The position numbers were made by a program, and so were the translations under genes. This document shows, in pieces, positions 19,158 through 29,450 of a DNA stretch of 64,000 nt. Location of the stretch: positions 164,500 to 228,499 of IMG/VR virus record IMGVR_UViG_3300046810_000338. One strand, given 5' to 3'. Under the pieces are notes generated by a model. That model was not told the origin of the DNA. It ran no database searches and saw only the letters and a list, made by a program, of their open reading frames with translations. Within the stretch, counting starts at the first letter, position 1. Each line of letters opens with the position of its first letter.

Positions 19158-22100
19158 ATGGTTCGTTTTGAACCCTTCAACCGACACTACGGGATTGTCC
19201 GAGGTGAGCAAGTAAGCTCTCCTCGAATGTCCGATATGGTTGATGTTGAGTTTCCAACCGGGTCGGTGCTGCACTTCCTGCCCGGCGACATGACTGAGTG
19301 GGCCCCAGAGCCTACCTGGTGGATGATTCGTAAAACTGAGGGCGCTGTCTGGGTTGATCACGTTACCGAGTTCACAGCGACTCACGGTAAGACAACGCCG
19401 GTTACGGGGAGTCCAACTAACTTCATCCGTAAGTTCCACCAAAAGTTCCCATCGCTCAAGAAAGTGATCAACCTGGATGTGCCACTGGGTTCTGCTACCA
19501 GCACCATCGTGATCAACCACGCTCTGGGTATGCACTTTGTTAAGTACCAGTCCAACCGCTTCCTGGACTTCCAGCGCAACCAGAACTTGCGTGACAACAT
19601 CTTCGCCAAGGTTAAGGCCTTGGTTGAACAGGTGGATCGTCCGCACTTCATTCCGCTCAAGATGCCTACAAGCTTTCCATCGCTGGGTAAGATCCAGCGG
19701 GCTGAGAAAGAGATGGGCGTGGAAGAGATCAAGTTGTTCGGATCTCTTGAGCGTCTGATGTTCTTGGAAGTGTGGAAATGGTTGGGTGATCCTACTCAGG
19801 GCATTATCGCAACACTGGATCAGTCCAAACTGCATAACGTGAACTTTGTGTTCATGGTGCGGGGCAACTGGTACTTTGCCAACCTCGCCACGCTGGGCGA
19901 GTTGCGCAAAGAGATCATCGTCAAGACCAAGGAATCGGTTAAGGCTGTCGGCGCAGTCTCCGCGGTCTCTTCTGAAGAGTCGACGGAAGAAGTTGCCATT
20001 GCAGGTAAGGTCGGCAAGAAGTCTGGCAAGTACGAACCTGTACAACTGCAAAAGCACTTCCTCAATGGCTTGATCGATTTGATCGAAGCTGGAGTGGTGG
20101 CCGAAAAAAAGCAGCCGCTGCCGCTCGACGACGGGCATGTTCAAAACGACCAGTCCCAAAAAGACCCGTTGACCCAGGCAGAGATCCAGACCCAGAACGA
20201 GGCAACACTGAGTCGAGTGACGGCATCGAAGGAGGTGTCGGGGAAATACGAACAGACGCCCAAGACTTTAGCCAATATCGGCGTGGACAACTCCCAAGCG
20301 ACTACAAAGCAGTCCGTGTCGGTGGAGGAGGAAGCCTCGGCGAAGGAACAGGCGGTCTTGGAAGCGGAACGATCCGAGGCATTATCCAGAAACTTACAGG
20401 CCGGCAAGGTTACCACTGAGTTAACCGACGAGGAGATCGATGCCAACCTGGAAGCACTGGATCGTGTGGATCAGATCCAGAACGGCAACGATTTCGCAAC
20501 ACCCCATAACCCCAACACCAACCCGTTGGAAGAAGGCATTCTGGCACCTATTCGTGCTCGGGCCAAAGATGGGTTGATCTCGGGTGCTGAGCTACGTCGT
20601 GGTGAGGCACTGGCAGTTGCCTATAAAAAGATCAAGAACCCGTATGGTTCTGGTCTGCTGCATGAAGCTGCGGTGGTCAAGCCTGAGGAGCTGGTAGTGA
20701 CTCCAGCCAAGTACAAGGTCAAAGGCCTGGTGCTGGATGAGTCCATGCTGGAATCTTCTGTACGGGAGATCAACAAGACCTACGTGCAGAACACCATGCA
20801 TAAGGACTTGGTTAACTCGGTCCTGCATTTCCAGAAGTCGGGCATGGCGGTTGTTGACTACAACGTCAACAAGTCGCGTACCGTGCTCGGGGCTCAAGAC
20901 ATTACCTCTGCGCGTTTCCAACCGGTAGACGGTGCTCCAAGTACCGTTCGGTTTATGACGCCGGTGATCGATGATGAGGGTGTGTTCAAGGCCGGTGGTA
21001 CCCGTTATCGCTCACGCTTTCAACGGGTCGATGTGCCTATCCGTAAGGTCAAGCCCAGCCAGGTGTCCCTGACCAGCTACTACGGCAAGATCAGTGTTAC
21101 GCTGTCTGATAAAGAAGTACACAACTACCCGACGTGGTTGGGTAATCAATTGTCTGCTATGGACATTGATAAGAAAGGTGTGCTCAAGGACGTTCACTTC
21201 ACCAACGTATTCGACCGTGAGTTCAAGAGCCCCAAGACGTATTCGTTGCTGGCCCACAAAGTCCACTCGATGCGCATTGGTGATCTGACCTTCAACTTCC
21301 GTCATCAAGACCGTTTGACCTGGGGCCTGGACTCCACCATTGCAGCGCTGGAGAAAGACGGCGGTGTGGTGTGTGGGATTGACAGTAAGAAACAACTGGT
21401 GCTCATGGATCGCCAGAACAAGCTGTCGGTTAACGGTCAACCACTGGGCACGATCGAAGAGCTGCTGGGTCTTGACCTGAGCGCTGCTCCTCACCAGATG
21501 GCCATCATCCGGGTACGTGGGCAGAACATCCCACTGGGCGTTGTGATGGCAAGCTACCATGGCCTGACCAACTTGATCGCCATGCTCAAGGCCACTACCC
21601 GCCGTGTGTTGGCTGGCGATCGTGCCAACCTTGAGCGCCACGAATACCCTGTACGCTTCTCTGATGAAACGCTGGTGTTGGATACGCGGGAACCTTTGGC
21701 AATGATGTTGTTGTCGGGCTTCCGTTACTACCACAAGCAAATCCGTCAGATCAGCATCTACAGTTTTGACACCATGTCGGCTTACAGTCATCTGTTGGAT
21801 GCCAATAGTCGTAACGGCACCTACACCGTGGAACTGGATCTGCTGGATAAGCAGTTCGTTGATCCGATGACCGAGCGTACCCTGATTGAGATGGGTGAGC
21901 CTACCACCTGGCGTGGTCTGTTGACGCGTTCTGCTGAGCTGTTGTTGACCGACTACTCCCCTGAGGAAGTAGATGGCGATTACATGCTCTACAAAGGCTA
22001 CGAGCGTGTGGCAGGGGCGGTGTACAAAGAGTTGGTGGTTGCAACGCGTCAGTACAAACTGCGCAGCCGTGTCACCAAAGCTGCAATGGACATGAAGCCC

Positions 22101-23570
22101 ACTGCGGTGTGGAACGTCATCACCGGCGACTCAGCAACCAGCCCTATCAACGACTGTAACCCCATTGCCGATCTGCGGGCTTCTGAAGCCGTTACGTACA
22201 TCGGTACAGGTGGTCGCTCCAAGCGGTCTATGGTGGCGCGTACTCGCAAGATGCACAAGAACGACCGTGGCACTATCGGTGAGGCTACCGTAGACAGCGG
22301 TGACGTGGGTATCAACGTTTACTTCTCGGCCAACCCTCGGATTGTTAACACCGGTGGTAAGGCGTTGATCGGCGATCCAAAAGACATGGGCGTAAGTTCC
22401 ATGGTGTCCACCTCTGCCATGTTGGCTCCGGCGGGCGACATCGACGACCCTAAGCGTTTGGCATTTGTCAGTATCATGCATGGTTCGGGTATTGCAGCGG
22501 TGGGTTATCGCACCATGCCGTACGGTACCAACTATGAAGATATCATTCCTCACCGGGTGGGCAAGAAGTTCTGTTACGTAGCGCGTGGGGCTGGGGTGGT
22601 CACCAGTTTGAAAGCTGGGGTAATGAAAGTTACCTACGCTGACGGCTCTATTGATGCATTGGAAGTGGGTCGAGTCTTTACCTCTGGTGAAGGTCACACC
22701 TACCCCAACGATTTGATTACCTTGGTCAAGGCTGGCGACACGTTCATTGAAGGCGACTGCTTGGTTTACAACAAAGCCTTCTTCGAGGAGTCTCCATTCG
22801 AATCGCGGGCTGTCATGTACAAACATGGCGTACCGTGCACCATCGCTCTGTACGAGTCGGTTAACACGCTGGAAGACAGCTCGATGATTAGCGAGCGGGT
22901 GAGTAAGGCCATGCGGGCTTACGAAACCGAGATTCGTGACGTCGTGATTGACTTCAAAGTCACCTTGCACACCATCGCTCAAGAGGGCGAAACGGTTGAG
23001 CCGGATGATATTTTATGTACTATGGAAGATCCAACTTCCCAAGCGGCAGACCTTTTTAGCGAAGAAGCGGTTGAGTCTCTTCAACTGTTGGCGGATAAAT
23101 CGCCTAGCGCTAACCTGCATGGCGTGATTGACAAGATCGAGATCCTCTATAACGGTGAGCTTGAGGACATGTCTCCTTCGCTGCGTAAGTTGGTCGAAGA
23201 GTCTGATCGCAAACTGCGTAATCGCAACCGTGATCTGGGTGACCCTGTGGAAAGTGGACGTGCAGACGAAACTCTGCGCATCCGTAACCAACCTCTACAG
23301 ATGGACACCATGACTATCCGTTTCTACATCTCCCACGGCCGCGATGCGTTCGCAGGCGATAAGGGGGTGGTGGGTAATCAGATGAAAACGGTGTTTGGTC
23401 AGGTTATGGGTGGGACGTTTGAAACCGAGTCTGGTCAGCCATTGGACATGGTGTGCTCCGACAAAGGGATCGAAGATCGAATTGTTCGCTCTGCTCGCAA
23501 GGCTGGGATGATGAACTCCCTGCTCATGCACACAGCGAAGAAAATGGTTGCAGCTTACCGGGGTGCATAA
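19158..23570 (+). CDS. rpoB: Virion RNA polymerase beta subunit, large part (phiKZ gp178-like)
   Basis: 1470 aa. EATVDSGDVG, DDPKR, LEDSSMISE and GDKGVVGNQMKTV are RpoB-like motifs. Confidence 0.9.
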   Translation: MVRFEPFNRHYGIVRGEQVSSPRMSDMVDVEFPTGSVLHFLPGDMTEWAPEPTWWMIRKTEGAVWVDHVTEFTATHGKTTPVTGSPTNFIRKFHQKFPSLKKVINLDVPLGSATSTIVINHALGMHFVKYQSNRFLDFQRNQNLRDNIFAKVKALVEQVDRPHFIPLKMPTSFPSLGKIQRAEKEMGVEEIKLFGSLERLMFLEVWKWLGDPTQGIIATLDQSKLHNVNFVFMVRGNWYFANLATLGELRKEIIVKTKESVKAVGAVSAVSSEESTEEVAIAGKVGKKSGKYEPVQLQKHFLNGLIDLIEAGVVAEKKQPLPLDDGHVQNDQSQKDPLTQAEIQTQNEATLSRVTASKEVSGKYEQTPKTLANIGVDNSQATTKQSVSVEEEASAKEQAVLEAERSEALSRNLQAGKVTTELTDEEIDANLEALDRVDQIQNGNDFATPHNPNTNPLEEGILAPIRARAKDGLISGAELRRGEALAVAYKKIKNPYGSGLLHEAAVVKPEELVVTPAKYKVKGLVLDESMLESSVREINKTYVQNTMHKDLVNSVLHFQKSGMAVVDYNVNKSRTVLGAQDITSARFQPVDGAPSTVRFMTPVIDDEGVFKAGGTRYRSRFQRVDVPIRKVKPSQVSLTSYYGKISVTLSDKEVHNYPTWLGNQLSAMDIDKKGVLKDVHFTNVFDREFKSPKTYSLLAHKVHSMRIGDLTFNFRHQDRLTWGLDSTIAALEKDGGVVCGIDSKKQLVLMDRQNKLSVNGQPLGTIEELLGLDLSAAPHQMAIIRVRGQNIPLGVVMASYHGLTNLIAMLKATTRRVLAGDRANLERHEYPVRFSDETLVLDTREPLAMMLLSGFRYYHKQIRQISIYSFDTMSAYSHLLDANSRNGTYTVELDLLDKQFVDPMTERTLIEMGEPTTWRGLLTRSAELLLTDYSPEEVDGDYMLYKGYERVAGAVYKELVVATRQYKLRSRVTKAAMDMKPTAVWNVITGDSATSPINDCNPIADLRASEAVTYIGTGGRSKRSMVARTRKMHKNDRGTIGEATVDSGDVGINVYFSANPRIVNTGGKALIGDPKDMGVSSMVSTSAMLAPAGDIDDPKRLAFVSIMHGSGIAAVGYRTMPYGTNYEDIIPHRVGKKFCYVARGAGVVTSLKAGVMKVTYADGSIDALEVGRVFTSGEGHTYPNDLITLVKAGDTFIEGDCLVYNKAFFEESPFESRAVMYKHGVPCTIALYESVNTLEDSSMISERVSKAMRAYETEIRDVVIDFKVTLHTIAQEGETVEPDDILCTMEDPTSQAADLFSEEAVESLQLLADKSPSANLHGVIDKIEILYNGELEDMSPSLRKLVEESDRKLRNRNRDLGDPVESGRADETLRIRNQPLQMDTMTIRFYISHGRDAFAGDKGVVGNQMKTVFGQVMGGTFETESGQPLDMVCSDKGIEDRIVRSARKAGMMNSLLMHTAKKMVAAYRGA

Positions 23571-23607
23571 CCCCGGTTTCATTTAATACTCTCATCGGAG
23601 AAACATC

Positions 23608-23802
23608 ATGGGTCCATCTAACAATGCCCGGCTGATCGAACACAACACCGCAGTCGTTGCTAATGCGGTCAACATTGTCGTGCTTGCCTTGGGCGAAGTC
23701 ATGGGTCGTCAGGTCCAACGCCAAACTGGCGGCAATGTTATTTCCGATGAAGCATTGACCTCTCTGGTCACCGCTCGCATCAAAAACAAACTGGGTCTGT
23801 GA
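23608..23802 (+). CDS. Small hypothetical protein
   Basis: 64 aa; GGAG RBS. Confidence 0.65.
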   Translation: MGPSNNARLIEHNTAVVANAVNIVVLALGEVMGRQVQRQTGGNVISDEALTSLVTARIKNKLGL

Positions 23803-23818
23803 GCGTAGGGAGAATTCC

Positions 23819-25252
23819 ATGTTTCCAACCAACCTCGTACAAGAAGCCATTGCTTTGGCTACGAATGCCGCCGAGCGCGACATTGCCATCAATGGCGCAC
23901 CGAACAGCTTTCTCGATACGCTGATCGGTTTGTCCAAGAATGCTCTGGACACCTCGTCCTCGTCGATGGACGATGCCGGGCAGCGTTACGATCGTTCTGA
24001 TACCTTCTCGCATTTGGAATGCGACGTCCATACCGCCTTTGCTGACCGCGATGCACTCGCTTCGGCCAAGGTAATTGCCAGCAACATCAACACGGCGCGT
24101 AACGATGCCATTCCGTTGATTGCCGGCATCATGGCCGACTTCGAAAAGATCATCAACCCGGACATCCCATTCGCCTATCGCCGTCGGGCGGTTATCCCAG
24201 TTCAGTTCAATCCGATCTGGTCCAGCGAATACGTCCAGAACATCGCCCAAACCTACGCTACGGCAACAGGTCTCGGCGAGATTCCTCAGGGCCTAGTGCT
24301 GTCCAACGAAGAAGAGCAGTTCACCAACTTCGTTGAGTTGACCAAGACGGGTCTGTCGTCGGTGGATGGCCAGTTGGGGAAACTGTTGTCCTCGTATGAA
24401 GACAACTATCTGCTCCAGTTGTTCAAGGATACCTTCACCCATGGCTCGATGCGCATGGTGCGTGGTCCTGATGATCTGACCGATGGTTGGATCAACGACA
24501 ACATCCTGATCCACGTCTGGGCACGTAACCTGTCCGAGATGACCCCTAGCAAGTCGGCTCACGGCCTGCCTGGCTATCGCGCTGGTATCACCGCCGTTAT
24601 CGCTCGCAGCGGTAACAACGTGTGGAACATCAACAAGCTGCGTGAGAACTGTGCCACCAACGGTATCATGATCCTGGCGTACCAAGGTGACAACACCTAC
24701 GTACATTCGGACATCTACACCGATTGGCTCAAGACCAAGAACGCAGCGGGTATCAAAGGCAGTCCTGAAATCATTCTGGGTGCCTCCCTGCTGACCGGCC
24801 AACTGCGTCCTACTAAAGGCGAAGAGCTGTTGGCTCAATCGGTTCAGCTGACCGAGAAGTGGAACAACTATGTTTCCATGACCAGCCGTAGCGAGCAGGA
24901 AAACCTGAACTCTACTGCACGGCGTGAGTTGTTCATTCTGATCCGTTCGCGTATCGATGCCCGTCTGGGTGAAGGCCTGGTTGGCAGCTACGATGAAGTG
25001 ATCCTGCGTTTGAATGACGCGTGCGATCAGCTGGCTACCAACTTCATCAAGAATGCCTATCCGGCGATCCGCGATGTAGTGCTGTACACCTTCTACGTCA
25101 ATACCGACGTGCCGCAGTTCATCATGGCGATGGACGAGGTGTGCAGCGACGACGACGACCTCTCTGAAGAGGAAGTCGCCTCGATCGCTACCGTCAACTA
25201 CGTCTCCGACTGGATGGCCAAACTGCTGACCATTCGTGGCGGTTCTCGCTAA
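23819..25252 (+). CDS. Conserved hypothetical protein (phiKZ gp177-like position)
   Basis: 477 aa; GGGAG RBS; synteny. Confidence 0.7.
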   Translation: MFPTNLVQEAIALATNAAERDIAINGAPNSFLDTLIGLSKNALDTSSSSMDDAGQRYDRSDTFSHLECDVHTAFADRDALASAKVIASNINTARNDAIPLIAGIMADFEKIINPDIPFAYRRRAVIPVQFNPIWSSEYVQNIAQTYATATGLGEIPQGLVLSNEEEQFTNFVELTKTGLSSVDGQLGKLLSSYEDNYLLQLFKDTFTHGSMRMVRGPDDLTDGWINDNILIHVWARNLSEMTPSKSAHGLPGYRAGITAVIARSGNNVWNINKLRENCATNGIMILAYQGDNTYVHSDIYTDWLKTKNAAGIKGSPEIILGASLLTGQLRPTKGEELLAQSVQLTEKWNNYVSMTSRSEQENLNSTARRELFILIRSRIDARLGEGLVGSYDEVILRLNDACDQLATNFIKNAYPAIRDVVLYTFYVNTDVPQFIMAMDEVCSDDDDLSEEEVASIATVNYVSDWMAKLLTIRGGSR

Positions 25253-25263
25253 GGAGATGATGC

Positions 25264-25986
25264 ATGGATATCCGAGGACTGAAACGCGATGCAGGAGCTG
25301 CCAAGCGCAACATCCTGGTTCGTGGTGACGAGATGGTCGCCAAGGTTCCATGCAAGATCGTGATCCCCGCTCGGTACATTGAGCGGGGGCTGGGGACTCT
25401 TGAGCCCGAAGTCTATGTCATCTCCATCTATGCCATGATCTTCGAGGACAATACCTACACGATCGCTCAGGCTCCATCTCTGATGCGCCTGACACCCACT
25501 GACGTTCAGGACATCGTGATTGAGGAAGAACCGTACGTCGAGTTCTCCTTTGCCAAGGGTGCTGTGATCTGCCCAAACTTGAACTTGGTTATGCGTAATG
25601 AGATGATTTATTACGTGTATAACGAGTTCACCGCCAAGGGCAACATGCCTTGGTTTATGGGCGAGAACGATAAGACCATTCCGTATGAGAATGCTCCCCG
25701 CTTCTGTGGGGTGAACGTTGGGGCCAACCCTTCGATCATGCAGATGGTTCACTCCTCGACCACACGGGTGGCGAACAACAAAGCCGTTCAGTTGCGACAC
25801 GCTGTTAGAACGCCTAAGGAATTGGCGGCCGTAGAAGCAGTTACCATTGCTCTGCGTTCCATCATCTGGGGGCCGACTAACACGCCTGCTCGTATCATCG
25901 GCTCGTATTTCAAGGAAGGTTTGACGACAGCATTGGTTAACCCCAGTGAGATCAAAGAGCCTATCGAGGACATGTTAATGAGGTAG
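25264..25986 (+). CDS. Conserved hypothetical protein (phiKZ gp176-like position)
   Basis: 240 aa; C-terminal RIIGSYFKEGLTTAL; synteny. Confidence 0.7.
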   Translation: MDIRGLKRDAGAAKRNILVRGDEMVAKVPCKIVIPARYIERGLGTLEPEVYVISIYAMIFEDNTYTIAQAPSLMRLTPTDVQDIVIEEEPYVEFSFAKGAVICPNLNLVMRNEMIYYVYNEFTAKGNMPWFMGENDKTIPYENAPRFCGVNVGANPSIMQMVHSSTTRVANNKAVQLRHAVRTPKELAAVEAVTIALRSIIWGPTNTPARIIGSYFKEGLTTALVNPSEIKEPIEDMLMR

Positions 25987-25992
25987 TGGGCC

Positions 25993-26793
25993 ATGGCCGC
26001 TAATCAAGTGCGTTACGGTTGTACGGCCCTGTTGGGCGTCAACAAAAAAGGTATCATCAAGCCAGATGCCAACGGTTACTACCCTATCACAGTTGGGGGC
26101 TTTAACGTCCACAACTACGGTGGTGCGTACTACCCGTTGGGAGAGGCGGCCAAGTTGTTCGAAGAGTCCGGCTCTTTGATGCGCCGGATCAAGGCAGGCG
26201 TTGTGCGGGCTGAGTTGGGTCATCCTCGTAAAGAGAACATGGGGCCTAACGATTTCTTCAAGCGTCTGAACGAGATCTACGAAGAAAAGGTGTGTGGTCA
26301 CTTTGCTGAGGTGTGGCTGGATTACGACAATTACAAGTCGAAGTCTGGTTTCCCGATGGTCGCCATCGTGGCACGCGTCAAGCCTTCTGGCCCGTACTGC
26401 GACACCCTCAAGATGTCGTTGGACAATCCTGAGGAAGAAACCTGCTTCTCCATTCGTGCAGCGGTTGTGCCGAAGATGGAAGGCGGTCGTGAAGTGCGCT
26501 ACGTTGAAGACATCGTGACGTGGGACTATGTGAACGAGGGTGGTATCGCCATCGCTCGCAAATACTACTCGATGGCTTTGGAGAGTATGGATGCGCGCAT
26601 GACCGACATTGCTACTGAGGACAATCTGATTGTTACTCCGGCGATGCTGGAACATGCAACTAAGGCCTCCATCCGCACCATGGGTTTGGAATCTGAAGAT
26701 ACCCAGCGTCTGAAGGACCTGGGAGAGCGTCTGGGCTGGGATCGTCCTACACGGACATCTTTCCCTACCCCAAGCTATCTGAAGTGGTCATAA
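25993..26793 (+). CDS. Prohead (head maturation) protease (phiKZ gp175-like)
   Basis: AELGHP, CFSIRA and TWDYVNEGGI motifs; C-terminal ALE/GLE candidate self-cleavage sites. Confidence 0.85.
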   Translation: MAANQVRYGCTALLGVNKKGIIKPDANGYYPITVGGFNVHNYGGAYYPLGEAAKLFEESGSLMRRIKAGVVRAELGHPRKENMGPNDFFKRLNEIYEEKVCGHFAEVWLDYDNYKSKSGFPMVAIVARVKPSGPYCDTLKMSLDNPEEETCFSIRAAVVPKMEGGREVRYVEDIVTWDYVNEGGIAIARKYYSMALESMDARMTDIATEDNLIVTPAMLEHATKASIRTMGLESEDTQRLKDLGERLGWDRPTRTSFPTPSYLKWS

Positions 26794-26799
26794 GACCTT

Positions 26800-26833
26800 G
26801 CAGGGGCTCCTAAGGGAGTCCCTGCTTTATGCC
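26800..26833 (+). terminator. Stem-loop followed by TTTATGCC
   Basis: GCAGGGGCTCC-TAAG-GGAGTCCCTGC. Confidence 0.65.
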
Positions 26834-26850
26834 ACCGGATTACTTTTTTA

Positions 26851-26871
26851 CACACCTGAAGTATCTACTTG
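26851..26871 (+). promoter_or_regulatory. Putative promoter motif, degenerate (ACCT-N11-TTG)
   Basis: CACACCTGAAGTATCTACTTG directly upstream of the small-gene array. Confidence 0.35.
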
Positions 26872-26891
26872 AACTGTATTGGAGATTTGCA

Positions 26892-27101
26892 ATGGTTAAC
26901 TACCTGTCGACTCAGTTGCAGTATGCCAACAATCATCGCCTGCAAGCGGTGAGTGTGGTAGAAGTTGAGAACATGGAAGTTCTGTATCAACGGACACTTT
27001 CGATCATTTGGATAGATGGTGTTATCCAACGTCACTACAAGGCAACTGAATCTGGGAACGGATTTGCTTGCGCTACCTTTGAAATAGGAGGATTAGAATG
27101 A
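26892..27101 (+). CDS. Small hypothetical protein (array member 1)
   Basis: GGAG RBS; ATG at 26892 (MVNYLSTQLQY). Confidence 0.6.
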   Translation: MVNYLSTQLQYANNHRLQAVSVVEVENMEVLYQRTLSIIWIDGVIQRHYKATESGNGFACATFEIGGLE

Positions 27102-27478
27102 GTAGCCTGCGCTATTGCAACACAGTCCGCCGATATGCCGGCAACTATGTTCAAGTCATTGGTAACATCACCGACATCTCTACCGTGCCTGGAAGAGAGG
27201 GTCTCGTTGCCGACATCACGGCGATGGCGATGAGTTTGGCTCCAACCGATTACAGCATGAGCGATTTCGAAACAGTCTATCGCACTGCCAGGAGCTCTCA
27301 GTTTGGGATGTGTCAAGTCGAGCGTTTCCATTACTGCGAGCAACGGGCAAGGCGGATGACCTCTGAGCGCTATCGGGAAACCAGATTAATCATGGCCGCC
27401 GGGCATAAAGACTTCGGTCGCCTGTTTGAGCCTCGTCCAATGTGGCATGAAGGCTATGCCGAAAAGATAGGATTGTAG
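27098..27478 (+). CDS. Small hypothetical protein (array member 2)
   Basis: AGGAGG RBS; ATGA overlap; MSSLRY. Confidence 0.7.
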   Translation: MSSLRYCNTVRRYAGNYVQVIGNITDISTVPGREGLVADITAMAMSLAPTDYSMSDFETVYRTARSSQFGMCQVERFHYCEQRARRMTSERYRETRLIMAAGHKDFGRLFEPRPMWHEGYAEKIGL

Positions 27479-27480
27479 TC

Positions 27481-27705
27481 GTGCGATACGAAAACCAACA
27501 AATCGTAACAGCGCTGTCAGTTAGCCAAAGTCACTGCCGCTGGGATGGTGAATACCATGACTTTGCCATCGCTACCCAGGTTAGCCTTGCAGCATACATT
27601 CGTGGCTACAAAGAAACACATTTCACCTACTCGAACAGTTCTGAACGCATTTATCTTTCCAAGACCCGAGGTGAACAGCAGACCTCCCCTGAGTACCGTT
27701 ATTAA
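27481..27705 (+). CDS. Small hypothetical protein (array member 3)
   Basis: AGGA RBS; GTG start; MRYE. Confidence 0.6.
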   Translation: MRYENQQIVTALSVSQSHCRWDGEYHDFAIATQVSLAAYIRGYKETHFTYSNSSERIYLSKTRGEQQTSPEYRY

Positions 27706-27730
27706 GAAAGTTACGGCCGAGGAAACGATT

Positions 27731-27982
27731 GTGGATAGATTGAAATATACGCACATGACCAGGCAGTATGGGGAGGGTTGGGTTCAAACAGTATTCACCA
27801 GATCTTCTGAAGAACCTAGTTGGTTGAATACCAACAGCACTCGCTGGACCACATCCGGACTTACGCTGCATCACAGCACTGTCGTTGCTGGGGTTCATCG
27901 GATTGATATAATCCATCCTCGGGCCGATGTACCTGCCCCAGTATTTAAACACTCCTGGGGCTCAGAAGAAAGTTACAGTTGA
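27731..27982 (+). CDS. Small hypothetical protein (array member 4)
   Basis: GAGGA RBS; GTG at 27731; MDRLKY. Confidence 0.6.
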   Translation: MDRLKYTHMTRQYGEGWVQTVFTRSSEEPSWLNTNSTRWTTSGLTLHHSTVVAGVHRIDIIHPRADVPAPVFKHSWGSEESYS

Positions 27983-27991
27983 GGAGGTACC

Positions 27992-28273
27992 GTGATCAAG
28001 TACAGCAATTCTCAGATGCACAAGGAGGACCATTACGACCCGCATCGAACGGAGAGCCACGCCACTCACTATCGAGGCGACAAGCCTCTACGGGACAACG
28101 TGACCATCGTTCGCCAACCCTTCTGGACAGCCCCAGCTCACTACGCCATCTACTCCCACAAGCTGCATCCGTACGGTGAGGGCGGTATTAATCGCCTGAT
28201 CGAACAGGGGCGTATTGACGACGCGGGTCGAAGTGCTACTCGACTCATGACTTTACTGAGGCCTGACGAATGA
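27992..28273 (+). CDS. Small hypothetical protein (array member 5)
   Basis: GAGGAGG RBS; GTG start; MIKY. Confidence 0.65.
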   Translation: MIKYSNSQMHKEDHYDPHRTESHATHYRGDKPLRDNVTIVRQPFWTAPAHYAIYSHKLHPYGEGGINRLIEQGRIDDAGRSATRLMTLLRPDE

Positions 28274-28530
28274 GTAACCAACGTATTCGTTACGAGTCCC
28301 ACCAGCGTCTTGGCAGAACTCGTCTGGGTAAGGAGACTTATTCTTCTTCGAGTACGGTCAGCGTTGTGACCACCGGAGAGGCCCAAATCAACTTCACCTA
28401 CCATGGTGCCGGCGACATCGCCGCTAGTGCCTATGAGCTGTTCACCAGGGACGGACCAGCTTTCCTTGGCACTACCAAAAAACAGTACAGGGAATGGATG
28501 ACTCCCTTGTCAGTTGAATTGAGGCGATAA
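28270..28530 (+). CDS. Small hypothetical protein (array member 6)
   Basis: ATGA overlap; MSNQRIRYESH. Confidence 0.65.
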   Translation: MSNQRIRYESHQRLGRTRLGKETYSSSSTVSVVTTGEAQINFTYHGAGDIAASAYELFTRDGPAFLGTTKKQYREWMTPLSVELRR

Positions 28531-28534
28531 GGTC

Positions 28535-28750
28535 ATGCTTCGATACCGTTCACATAACCGGATGTACGTTAATCATTTATCGGGGCATCAGGTTTATTCC
28601 AGCCACACGAAGGTTACTCACGACGTGGTGGTCTTTAACGAAGTCGGACGGCGTGGCGCTGTCGGATCTGGCATTCATGAAGAAACCTACTTCTCTGTAA
28701 GGGAAGGCGGTCATTTTCTGCGCGGAACCTTCTTTGGAGGCTTCAAATGA
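28535..28750 (+). CDS. Small hypothetical protein (array member 7)
   Basis: MLRYRSH; tight packing. Confidence 0.65.
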   Translation: MLRYRSHNRMYVNHLSGHQVYSSHTKVTHDVVVFNEVGRRGAVGSGIHEETYFSVREGGHFLRGTFFGGFK

Positions 28751-28998
28751 ACCTGCGATATGAATCCGTAATCCGGCTCGCTAACCGTGAGCCTGAGGAA
28801 GGTGGTCCTGTGGTTGTGGCCTCGACTACTGTTATTCATCCTGGAGGCTACGATTACAATGTTGCCTGTCGTATGAGTGAAATGGGTCAACCTCCTTTTC
28901 GTGAGAACTACTTTGCTCGCATGGGCAAAGAGCATTATCTGCGTGGTCGTGTAGTAGGCGATTTCCGTGAACGCAAGGTTAAGATTACCTTTTTCTAG
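28747..28998 (+). CDS. Small hypothetical protein (array member 8)
   Basis: GGAGG RBS; ATGA overlap; MNLRYES. Confidence 0.65.
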   Translation: MNLRYESVIRLANREPEEGGPVVVASTTVIHPGGYDYNVACRMSEMGQPPFRENYFARMGKEHYLRGRVVGDFRERKVKITFF

Positions 28999-29006
28999 GA
29001 GGAGAG

Positions 29007-29309
29007 ATGCTCAGACATCACCGACTACAAATTCGTAACGATGGTCAAACCGATACGGTCACCACCGAATTACGAATACCCGAATACCATGAATCAGGTT
29101 GGCATCCAACTAGTCTCATAGTCCATCACGTAGATAACGGGGACGTGACGGGCGAGAGATTCATCTTGTTTGGAGGTCAGTCTGTCCAAGTGTTCGTGGG
29201 TGAGGAATCGGACTGCTATGCAACCGTTAATGTTGGCGGATGTATCGTTGGTCTTCATCGAGTTGGTTCAATGATTCGGTTACCTGCCAAACGTTGGAGT
29301 CTGAAATAA
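29007..29309 (+). CDS. Small hypothetical protein (array member 9)
   Basis: AGGAGG RBS; MLRHH. Confidence 0.6.
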   Translation: MLRHHRLQIRNDGQTDTVTTELRIPEYHESGWHPTSLIVHHVDNGDVTGERFILFGGQSVQVFVGEESDCYATVNVGGCIVGLHRVGSMIRLPAKRWSLK

Positions 29310-29317
29310 AGATTGTT

Positions 29318-29338
29318 GACACCTAAATCATTCAAGTG
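29318..29338 (+). promoter_or_regulatory. Putative promoter motif ACCT-N11-GTG
   Basis: GACACCTAAATCATTCAAGTG in an AT-rich intergenic region. Confidence 0.45.
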
Positions 29339-29450
29339 GACTAGTTATTAGATTGGTTCATAAGCTTCTCATTTCACGATGAGATTTATCCTGCCAAGAC
29401 CTGGAACATGTTCTGTCCAATTCTGGCAATCGTAATCAAGGAAACATGAG

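Noticed and set aside
17511-23570. Possible intron, intein or homing endonuclease in the vRNAP genes, as occurs in some relatives
   Set aside because: Both ORFs are continuous and only 21 nt apart; no HNH/LAGLIDADG or intein motifs were seen.
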